42,004 bases of DNA from an uncultured Methanosarcinales archaeon (GCA_964572885.1 CAZNFC010000002.1:1-42004); one strand, 5' to 3'. Numbered from the stretch's first letter, positions 19,419 through 26,673 are shown. Made by a program: numbers and translations. The notes: generated by a model not told the origin, from the letters alone.

Positions 19419-20279
19419 GTGGTTGAATTCAAAGCAGTTGCGATGTATATTTTGGGAGCAGTAGTTGCTTTGCTTCTGTTTACATTTTTGAGAGATTTCG
19501 GATTGACGACACAGGGTTTAACAGAGGATCAGATATGCAGGCAAAGCGCAGAAGCAAACGCAGATTTTAGGTTTGAAAAACTTCCAAATAATATAGAGGT
19601 AAAATGTCCGACTTTATTCATCAAAGTCGATTCAGCAGAGCAGAATGTTGTCTTTGAGAATCTTGCGAGATCTTTAGCATCGACTTGGGATGAGATGTTG
19701 TTAGGAGAAAAAAACATATTCGATGTCCAGGACCAGAATTTTTGTGTTATAAGGAGAGTCTTGGAGTTCAAGACAGCAAATAAATACAAAGGATTCTTTG
19801 ATTATTTAGTCCAGAATAATCCTCCTTCATTGCAGCAATCTTATTTTAGATACCTTACAAATGTTGATATGAATCAAAATAAAGAAACTATCAGCTCAAA
19901 TACCAATTTGAAGAATTCTGACATTATAGATACTTCAACTCCTTATGTGGCAGTGTTTGTAATGTCAAAAAAAGCAAATATAGGCAAATTTACAGCAACT
20001 GGAATAGGAGCTGCGACAGGAGTTGCAGGAGGAACAGTTCTTGGAACCTCGATAGGATTCTTTTTGAGCGGAGCAGGAACTCCGATAGGTATTGTTCTAT
20101 TAGGAGGAAGTGCTGTCACAGCTGCAGGAACTGCGTTAGGAGGCACAGCTGGTTATATATTGGGTTCAGAATCTTCAGCAGACTGGGATTCAGCAATGAT
20201 GTTAATTCCTTATACGACCGAAAGCTTGAATAGCCTGAAATGCACTAAACTGCCGGCTTCACCACCGAAACTAAAATAA
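19419..20279 (+). CDS. Paralog of the 18477-19418 product: N-terminal hydrophobic helix + globular domain + glycine-zipper segment, 286 aa
   Basis: GTG start immediately after the upstream TAA. N-terminus MVEFKA|VAMYILGAVVALLLFTFL. C-terminal segment GIGAATGVAGGTVLGTSIGFFLSGAGTPIGIVLLGGSAVTAAGTALGGTAGYILG. Motifs align with the neighbour (QQSYFRYL vs QQTYFEAL, NFCVIRRV vs VNCLVCSDV). Confidence 0.75.
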   Translation: MVEFKAVAMYILGAVVALLLFTFLRDFGLTTQGLTEDQICRQSAEANADFRFEKLPNNIEVKCPTLFIKVDSAEQNVVFENLARSLASTWDEMLLGEKNIFDVQDQNFCVIRRVLEFKTANKYKGFFDYLVQNNPPSLQQSYFRYLTNVDMNQNKETISSNTNLKNSDIIDTSTPYVAVFVMSKKANIGKFTATGIGAATGVAGGTVLGTSIGFFLSGAGTPIGIVLLGGSAVTAAGTALGGTAGYILGSESSADWDSAMMLIPYTTESLNSLKCTKLPASPPKLK

Positions 20280-20318
20280 ACAAGAACTAAACAAATACTA
20301 TATGAAGGTATGGGATAC

Positions 20319-20477
20319 ATGAAAAAAATAAAGAAAGCTCAAGTTGAGGAATCACTCGTGAAAGTCATATTCTATTTAGCGTTGCTCGTGGTTCTAATCT
20401 TTATTGTCTGGTATCTGCTTTCAGGAAGGGCTCCGGAATTATTCAAAAGCATAACGGATAAACTGAGGTTTGGATAA
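20319..20477 (+). CDS. Mini pilin-like ORF (52 aa), not in the supplied ORF track
   Basis: My own translation gives MKKIKKA|QVEESLVKVIFYLALLVVLIFIVWYLLSGRAPELFKSITDKLRFG. Its TAA (20475-20477) shares one base with the next ATG (20477), a TAATG coupling. Confidence 0.55.
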   Translation: MKKIKKAQVEESLVKVIFYLALLVVLIFIVWYLLSGRAPELFKSITDKLRFG

Positions 20478-21403
20478 TGGTAGAAGAAGCAGTTAAAAAG
20501 ACAACAGCACTTGCTATTGCTTTGTTTTTATTGGTAGTCTTGATTTTTGTTGGAATAAACCCATTATATTCAGCTTTCAAATCTTTTTTGTCTATAGGTC
20601 AGCTTGAAAATCCTGAAGTGGCGCAACTTAAGCAGCAGTGTGATGATTACGTAAATATTCATGGAGCAACAGATGGCTGCGCACTTAATGTTGCTGCAAA
20701 AATAGTGGAAACTAATGGAGACTTGTTTGTGGCGCAGAGTTTCCTTAAAAAAGAGATAGAATCTACTAATGACCAGAAAATATTAAATAAATGTTTCGAG
20801 TTTGCAAGGGATGACTTGTATCCAAAATCAAAAGATTGGGAAGGCGCATTAGGTATCTACAACGAATTATTTGATAAATTAAAAACAAGAGATGTCATGA
20901 TTGCAAAAGATGAAGCGCAGCTTAATGTATACATAAATCAAGTTTCTCAGATATATTCGAAGCTTAAGTATCCGGTATCGAGCAGAGATGATTATGGAGC
21001 TAATGCCAATTTCCTTGCAGTAAATCAGGAATTAGTCCCAACAATCAAGAAAGCATTGAAATTGTATAACGGCAATAAAGAGAAATTGAATGTCGAGCAG
21101 TTTTATTTCAATGATTACAAAGGAGATGATGTTTGTAACGCATTATATGCAGCAACCGGTGCACAAGATAATGCTTGTAATATCTATGCAAGAGCTTCTT
21201 TAGATTATGGATGCTTCAGACAGGCAGGATTATGCAAATCTTGTACATCATATCATAAAGCAGGTGTGGATGCATGTAGCGGCTATGACAGCGAGGATGC
21301 ATGTAAAACAGATCCTTGTAATGCAGGAGACTGCTCTTGGACAGGGTTTATAGGTTCATGTAAGTCTGTTAGGGGCACGGTTAACTACTGGGATTTGAGC
21401 TAA
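20477..21403 (+). CDS. N-terminally anchored protein with a helical middle and a Cys-rich C-terminal module, 308 aa
   Basis: N-terminus MVEEAVKKTTALAIALFLLVVLIFVGINPLY is a TM helix without a clear [GA] cleavage motif. The C-terminus is ...CKSCTSYHKAGVDACSGYDSEDACKTDPCNAGDCSWTGFIGSCKSV. Confidence 0.8.
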   Translation: MVEEAVKKTTALAIALFLLVVLIFVGINPLYSAFKSFLSIGQLENPEVAQLKQQCDDYVNIHGATDGCALNVAAKIVETNGDLFVAQSFLKKEIESTNDQKILNKCFEFARDDLYPKSKDWEGALGIYNELFDKLKTRDVMIAKDEAQLNVYINQVSQIYSKLKYPVSSRDDYGANANFLAVNQELVPTIKKALKLYNGNKEKLNVEQFYFNDYKGDDVCNALYAATGAQDNACNIYARASLDYGCFRQAGLCKSCTSYHKAGVDACSGYDSEDACKTDPCNAGDCSWTGFIGSCKSVRGTVNYWDLS

Positions 21404-21414
21404 AAGGCATAAGA

Positions 21415-21426
21415 TTTATATATAAA
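21415..21426 (+). promoter_or_regulatory. Putative archaeal TATA box (TTTATATATAAA) upstream of the three small pilin genes
   Basis: It lies in a 58-nt gap, one of the few real gaps in the cluster, about 36-47 nt upstream of the ATG at 21462. A purine-rich SD-like AGAGGTGA follows at 21449-21456. Confidence 0.5.
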
Positions 21427-21461
21427 TGGTGGCTAAAACAAGCTTATAAGAGGTGACGTAT

Positions 21462-21737
21462 ATGGATAAGAAAGGTGTTGAGATTTCTATGAATGTTCTC
21501 ATAGTAGCAGCTATTGGTTTACTTGTTCTTGTTGTTCTTTCTATAATATTTCTTGGAAGGATAGGAACATTCGGACAGCAGTCAGCGAGTTGCGAAGTGC
21601 AAGGCGGAAAATGTGCAGTAGCATGTAATAATGCAGATTACGGTACACAAAATTTCCAATCAAGAAATCCGTTGTTAACTTGCCCTGACAGTGCAACTGG
21701 AGACAAGCAAATATGCTGTCTGCCGGTAAAAGCCTGA
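21462..21737 (+). CDS. Small type IV pilin-like protein with a six-Cys C-terminal domain, 91 aa (paralog 1 of 3)
   Basis: The track start 21453 is GTG. The ATG at 21462 sits 5 nt after AGAGGTGA and gives MDKKG|VEISMNVLIVAAIGLLVLVVLSIIFLG. The C-terminal domain is C-x6-C-x3-C-x18-C-x10-CC with a GG before the second Cys. Confidence 0.85.
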   Translation: MDKKGVEISMNVLIVAAIGLLVLVVLSIIFLGRIGTFGQQSASCEVQGGKCAVACNNADYGTQNFQSRNPLLTCPDSATGDKQICCLPVKA

Positions 21738-21744
21738 TAACACA

Positions 21745-22008
21745 ATGAAATCCAAGAAGGGCGTAGAGATTGCAATGAACGTTGTAATCATCTCCGTAAT
21801 TGCCTTATTGGTTTTAGTTGTTGTGGTATTTATCTTTGCTGGGAAGACCCAGTCTTTTTCAAAAGGAGTCTCTGATTGTATAAGTTTGGGCGGCACTTGT
21901 GAAGACAGAAATTGTCTCACATTATTGCCTCCAAGACCGTCAATTCCAAATGGAGATTGTACCAAAGCGCAGGATGAAGTCAGGTATTGTTGTTCTAAAA
22001 TACAATGA
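21745..22008 (+). CDS. Small type IV pilin-like protein with a six-Cys C-terminal domain, 87 aa (paralog 2 of 3)
   Basis: N-terminus MKSKKG|VEIAMNVVIISVIALLVLVVVVFIFAG. The C-terminal domain is C-x6-C-x4-C-x14-C-x9-CC with a GG before the second Cys. Confidence 0.85.
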   Translation: MKSKKGVEIAMNVVIISVIALLVLVVVVFIFAGKTQSFSKGVSDCISLGGTCEDRNCLTLLPPRPSIPNGDCTKAQDEVRYCCSKIQ

Positions 22009-22262
22009 GAAATAAGAAAGGATTTGAGATGACAATAAGTGTAGTTGTAGTCTTAGTGATATCTTTGATTTTATTGTCAGTCGGAATATACATAATATAC
22101 ACAAAAATATTGAAGCCTTCTGAGACGGCAAATTCATTCCTGAATTGCGAAGACAGGGGAGGAGAGCCAGGCTGCACAGGAAAAACAGGTGGGTTATGTG
22201 TCAAGCTTCCAACAAGGACGTCCAAAGACCCTGTAGATTGTTATATCAAAGAGCTAAAATGA
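22005..22262 (+). CDS. Small type IV pilin-like protein with a four-Cys C-terminal domain, 85 aa (paralog 3 of 3)
   Basis: ATGA overlap with the upstream gene. N-terminus MRNKKG|FEMTISVVVVLVISLILLSVGIYIIY. C-terminal domain CEDRGGEPGC...C...C. Confidence 0.8.
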   Translation: MRNKKGFEMTISVVVVLVISLILLSVGIYIIYTKILKPSETANSFLNCEDRGGEPGCTGKTGGLCVKLPTRTSKDPVDCYIKELK

Positions 22263-22897
22263 GCAAAGGTTCATTAAACATATCTCTGGAGACCGTCATA
22301 GGGTTGGTCTTGGCAGCAATAATCATTCCAGGATTATTTTTCTTTTCAGTCAATCTTCTTGATTTAGTGACCAATAAACCGGAACAATCGACATTGAACG
22401 GATTTGACGGGTTGATGATAAAGATTAACCAGTTGGTCGATGGAACATTAAATAATGCAGGAAACACGGATAAAACTTTCATAGATGTTCCTTATTTTAT
22501 ACAAAATGATTACGGACTTATAGGATTTGACAGTAATTTTGTGCATCAGACATGCGGATTAAGAAATATAGATCTCAAAAAACCAATTTCATGTCTTCCT
22601 AGACAGGATGCTTGTTTTTGTCTCGACAAATCAGGATGGGGATTAGATGACGTTCAAAATTGGCAGAAGTGTCAGACTATAAAAGATGTAAGATATGTAT
22701 ATGTCACAAAAGAATCGGTATCAAACAGCGGAACAAAGCATGATTCTATTTCAGAAGGCAATAATCTTGCCTTATGGAGCGGCTGCGATCAAGGAACTTT
22801 CGGAGTCAAGAACATCAGGATATCAAAAATAAAGGCAAGAGAGGACAGTAAAATATATGATTTAGTGTTCCAGATACCATCTCCAATTACGAGCTAA
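22259..22897 (+). CDS. Pilin-like protein (class III-like N-terminus), 212 aa
   Basis: The track ORF starts at 22145 inside the upstream gene. The ATG at 22259 forms an ATGA overlap with the upstream stop and gives MSKG|SLNISLETVIGLVLAAIIIPGLFFFSV. Confidence 0.7.
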   Translation: MSKGSLNISLETVIGLVLAAIIIPGLFFFSVNLLDLVTNKPEQSTLNGFDGLMIKINQLVDGTLNNAGNTDKTFIDVPYFIQNDYGLIGFDSNFVHQTCGLRNIDLKKPISCLPRQDACFCLDKSGWGLDDVQNWQKCQTIKDVRYVYVTKESVSNSGTKHDSISEGNNLALWSGCDQGTFGVKNIRISKIKAREDSKIYDLVFQIPSPITS

Positions 22898-22931
22898 AAG
22901 CTTTTAAAGCATAGATTCTAATTCCTTATAT

Positions 22932-23465
22932 ATGCAAAAGAGAGGAGCGACAACCATGCAGTACTTCGTGGTTTTTGAAGCTCTGCTCGCTGTTTTTATC
23001 ATAATTGCACTTCTGAGTTATGTGCATAGTGTCGCAGCAGGTTCATTATTTGAGCAGAATTTCTTGGCCAGAGATGTCGGGTTGACGATAGACAGCTTAT
23101 ACGCATCCCCTGGAGAAATAAATATGATTTATGATTCAGATATAAAGGAAAATGCAGTATTTGATATTCCTATCTTAACATTTGCACCAGAGACTAAGCT
23201 CAGATTTGCATTTGAGAAATCAAGAGTTCATGTTTTCAGAGACTCATCAGGAGAATTATACCAGAATCCTGCTACATATGCTTTCGGAGAAGATTATAGG
23301 ATCAAATTTAATACTCCTCAGGAAGGAGACGCAAATAAACTAAATAGGAACGCTCAGGGATATGAAATCCCTAATACAAAAAGCAATTTGCTTATCAAGA
23401 ATTCTAACGGAATATTATCGGTCGAGTTTACAGAATTAAACAAAAACGGTGTGAATAATGGATAA
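22932..23465 (+). CDS. Pilin-like protein (class III-like N-terminus), 177 aa
   Basis: N-terminus MQKRG|ATTMQYFVVFEALLAVFIIIALLSYV. A TTTTAAAG element at 22902-22909 lies about 27 nt upstream of the ATG, which could mean an internal promoter with a leaderless start. Confidence 0.75.
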   Translation: MQKRGATTMQYFVVFEALLAVFIIIALLSYVHSVAAGSLFEQNFLARDVGLTIDSLYASPGEINMIYDSDIKENAVFDIPILTFAPETKLRFAFEKSRVHVFRDSSGELYQNPATYAFGEDYRIKFNTPQEGDANKLNRNAQGYEIPNTKSNLLIKNSNGILSVEFTELNKNGVNNG

Positions 23466-23970
23466 GAAGGCGCAGGAATCGTTTTCAATATTATTGATCA
23501 TTCCAAGAATGATATTCCTGATAATAGTGATGTTCTCAATATATTTTCTTATAAGAGCATATGTCGTGTCCAAGCTGGACGTTCAGGATGTCCAAGTGGA
23601 TGTTTTCATCAATAAAGTTTTATACTCCCCTAACGGCATCTCATATTATGACCGCGATTTAAAGAGAAGCATCCCTGGTCTGATTAATCCGAGTTCGATT
23701 ACTGACGATAATTTAAACAAGCTGGCGGATTACGATGACAGCTCATTTATCTCTGCAAAAATACAGTTAATCGACAATGACAGCAAAGAAATTACTTCTG
23801 CATTATATAACGGAGAGACTTATTCGAGATGGTTGCCTGTAGCGACAACAGGAGTTCCAGGTCCAGGCGGATATAAACAAACGATTAAATCAGTTTATGT
23901 TAATTTCTTAGACCAAAACAAAATAAGGGAGGGTACATTGAAGTTTGATGTACTGATACCCGGAAGTTAA
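23458..23970 (+). CDS. Pilin-like protein (class III signal peptide), 170 aa
   Basis: 8-nt overlap with the upstream gene. N-terminus MDKKA|QESFSILLIIPRMIFLIIVMFSIYFLI. Confidence 0.8.
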   Translation: MDKKAQESFSILLIIPRMIFLIIVMFSIYFLIRAYVVSKLDVQDVQVDVFINKVLYSPNGISYYDRDLKRSIPGLINPSSITDDNLNKLADYDDSSFISAKIQLIDNDSKEITSALYNGETYSRWLPVATTGVPGPGGYKQTIKSVYVNFLDQNKIREGTLKFDVLIPGS

Positions 23971-23971
23971 A

Positions 23972-24472
23972 ATGAATAAAAAAGCGTCTATACCTGCAGC
24001 AATTGTGGACATAATAGGATACGGGGTGTTTGCATTAATTTTGGTTATATTCTTTTTCTTTTTTAATATAAGCGCAAAAACAACGACTCAGGAGATAAAA
24101 CAGGTTCAATTCAATGAAGTTACAGGAGAGCAATTTTTACTGAATTACATCAGGCATCCTGTATATATTCCAAATCAGGAACCGATAACGATGGCTGATT
24201 TTATTGCTTTGAAGTATGAAAAAGGAGAGACTGTGCAGCTGCGAAATGAGTTAGATAAAGATCTGAAGGAAATACTGGGCAAATCAGGATACGCACAGTT
24301 TTATTTCGTCATGTCAGACGGGAAAATAACTGAGAGAATAAATGAAATTCCTTCTTCTTCATTGTCTTCTTTAGGATTAGGCGGTCTGCCTGTAACAATT
24401 CCAAAGAGCGACGGCACACAAATAGGCATGTGGTTATTTTTATATACACAAGGGAGTCAAGCAAATGGATAA
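23972..24472 (+). CDS. Pilin-like protein (class III-like N-terminus), 166 aa
   Basis: Starts 1 nt after the upstream stop. N-terminus MNKKA|SIPAAIVDIIGYGVFALILVIFFFFF. Confidence 0.75.
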   Translation: MNKKASIPAAIVDIIGYGVFALILVIFFFFFNISAKTTTQEIKQVQFNEVTGEQFLLNYIRHPVYIPNQEPITMADFIALKYEKGETVQLRNELDKDLKEILGKSGYAQFYFVMSDGKITERINEIPSSSLSSLGLGGLPVTIPKSDGTQIGMWLFLYTQGSQANG

Positions 24473-26576
24473 AAAAGGATACGTATTTGTACCATTCATA
24501 GTTATCGGGACATTCTTTGTGCTTACATTCGCATTGTTAGTATTATCCAAGAAATATGAAGTCCGAGATTCTGAAGGAAATCAGAGATTTGTAGGAGAAA
24601 AACAGTCCCAGATATTCCTTGCATATCAAAAAGGAGAGAATGCGTTATTCTATATCTCTCAATCTGCAAGATACTCTGCGCAAAGCACGATAACAAAACT
24701 TGCAGCAAACGAATCAGGATGCGATACCATATTCGGATATGGTGTGTGGGTCACCAAAACAGCGAATTGTATTCCGAACAAAATTTCAGCAGAAAATAAA
24801 TTTAAAGAAGAATTTAAGGACAGGTTAGCTTCTTTCACATCTAAATATAGTGATGCAGCAATACCTACTTTCGATAATTATGATATTTCTTCACAGAATG
24901 ATAAATTAAAAATAATAGGAGATTCATCGTCAGATTTAATTATAAGTACATCAAAGCTTTATTCCAATGTCCTTGTCACTCATTATTACGCACCATCTGA
25001 AAAAGATTTCTCAACATGGTACACAGCTGAAGATTACACAAAGTATCCTGGAAATGAGATAGAAAGCTGGTGTGCTATACCGATGGAAAAGAGAGGATTT
25101 TTCGAGGAAGTCAAATGTGAAGGAGCAGGTGTAGGAATTTCAGGGACGATATATAATTATAAGACAATCAAGCCGACAAAAGAATCAAGTACCACTACAG
25201 ATAAAATAAGTACTGCTACAGGAACGGTGGCGACACCTCACAGAACAATAGCCGTTGCTCCTGATATGATACCTTATGGTTCAAAAGTAGATGTGGAATT
25301 CGAAGGATGCACTCAGAATAGTTGTTGCAGCCAATGGAATGGAGAATATATTGCAGAAGATACAGGAGTGGCGATGCAAAATGACTGGAAACTTGGAAAG
25401 CCTCATATAGACTTATTTGTAGGAACAGGTCTTGATCAGCTCAAGCAATCTGAATGTCTTCCTGGCGGAGAGGTAAACAAGGCAGCACTAATTGTGAAGC
25501 AGAAGGGAGGGCTTTCAACAGGAGACATCATATATAGATTAAAACCTGCATTCAAATCAGAAATAAATTATTCATTTGATGAATATGATAAATTAGGAGC
25601 AGATATTTTGAGTATATCTGAGGAGACCACACACAGATCTGAATGCAATAAAAAAGAATCAAAAGATGAATGTATTAAGGAAATACTTAATAGATATAAT
25701 GATTTCAAATGGAGTCTGAAATGTGACATATCTGATCTTGATGCTGATAAATATCCTCAATATCTATTTTTATGTGCAGAATCAAGATACGGAATTCCTA
25801 CAGATTCGGGAATTAAACATTACATCTACAAGATTGCTTATTTCGCAGGTGATGATGTGGCTCCTGCACAAGTGACAGGGATAACGACATCAGATACACA
25901 ATTAGCAGAGAAGAAAGTCACAATCTCTTTCAATGCAAATACAGAACCGGATGTAGCTTATTATGATATTTATCATTCAGAAAATCCCTTCACAGATGTA
26001 AGTAACTCTGAGAAGTATGACTTGATGATAAATCAAGACCCTTCAAAGACATCATATGATCAAATATTAGATGTTCCTCAAGATGGAAAACAATATTATT
26101 TTGCTGTCACGGCCGTTGATACTACTGGAAATGAAAATACCCAGGTAGTTTCTGTACAGGGAACATCCACAGATGACTTAAAGCCGGGACCAATTAATGG
26201 AGTAACTGTCAATAGATTAAGCCAGACAAATCCTTTCTTAGATGTTTATGTAAATCACCCAACAACAAATGAAGATGGTTCAAAGGTAACAGACGTGACA
26301 AAATACACGATTTATTTCTCTGACTCAGATGTTTGCGACCAATATCATATAAGCAGCATATTGAATGATTACATAGATAAGCAGGACTATTCATTCGAGA
26401 AGACAACCAATCAGGGTTCAGATGTCGATAAGATAGTCCAGCCGCAGCCTCAATTACCAAAATTTGCCAATTCCAAGACATATTGCATGGTTGTAATAGC
26501 AGGAGATGACGGTCCTGACAAAGAACCGACGTCAAATCAGTACGGAGCAAATAGTTTCAAGGAAATAAAGACGTAA
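24465..26576 (+). CDS. Pilin-like N-terminus fused to an MltA/3D-type (lytic transglycosylase-like) domain and two FN3-like modules, 703 aa
   Basis: 8-nt overlap with the upstream gene. N-terminus MDKKG|YVFVPFIVIGTFFVLTFALLVL. The central region is THYYAPSE...CEGAGVGISGTIYNY...TATGTVATPHRTIAVAPDMIPYGSKVDVEF...YIAEDTGVAMQ...HIDLFVGTG. The C-terminal FN3-like modules are APAQVTGITTSD...YYFAVTAVDTTGNEN and KPGPINGVTVNR...YCMVVIAGDD. Confidence 0.85.
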   Translation: MDKKGYVFVPFIVIGTFFVLTFALLVLSKKYEVRDSEGNQRFVGEKQSQIFLAYQKGENALFYISQSARYSAQSTITKLAANESGCDTIFGYGVWVTKTANCIPNKISAENKFKEEFKDRLASFTSKYSDAAIPTFDNYDISSQNDKLKIIGDSSSDLIISTSKLYSNVLVTHYYAPSEKDFSTWYTAEDYTKYPGNEIESWCAIPMEKRGFFEEVKCEGAGVGISGTIYNYKTIKPTKESSTTTDKISTATGTVATPHRTIAVAPDMIPYGSKVDVEFEGCTQNSCCSQWNGEYIAEDTGVAMQNDWKLGKPHIDLFVGTGLDQLKQSECLPGGEVNKAALIVKQKGGLSTGDIIYRLKPAFKSEINYSFDEYDKLGADILSISEETTHRSECNKKESKDECIKEILNRYNDFKWSLKCDISDLDADKYPQYLFLCAESRYGIPTDSGIKHYIYKIAYFAGDDVAPAQVTGITTSDTQLAEKKVTISFNANTEPDVAYYDIYHSENPFTDVSNSEKYDLMINQDPSKTSYDQILDVPQDGKQYYFAVTAVDTTGNENTQVVSVQGTSTDDLKPGPINGVTVNRLSQTNPFLDVYVNHPTTNEDGSKVTDVTKYTIYFSDSDVCDQYHISSILNDYIDKQDYSFEKTTNQGSDVDKIVQPQPQLPKFANSKTYCMVVIAGDDGPDKEPTSNQYGANSFKEIKT
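24975..25435 (+). other. MltA-like + 3D-domain (double-psi beta-barrel) segment within the 24465-26576 CDS
   Basis: The motif order matches my recollection of the family pattern: T-x-Y-Y-x-P, [ST]A[ST]G, R-T-I-A-V-x-P-x-x-I-P-x-G-S, A-E-D-T-G-x-A, I-D-L-F. Two of the three signature Asp are in place. The first is shifted (IAVAPD rather than IAVDP). Confidence 0.6.
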
Positions 26577-26673
26577 AGTATGAAACATAAAAACTAATGT
26601 CCTGCGAGCAGAGCAAATTTTTCTAAAGAAAAAGTATTTAAATCAGCTTTATTGTGTTTTTAATGGTGTTTAG

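Noticed and set aside
21462-22262. Homology of the small pilin heads to beta-defensins
   Set aside because: Only the Cys spacing of one paralog partly coincides. The loops are much longer, the context is a pilin, and no sequence similarity beyond the cysteines is visible. I keep it only as a descriptive note.
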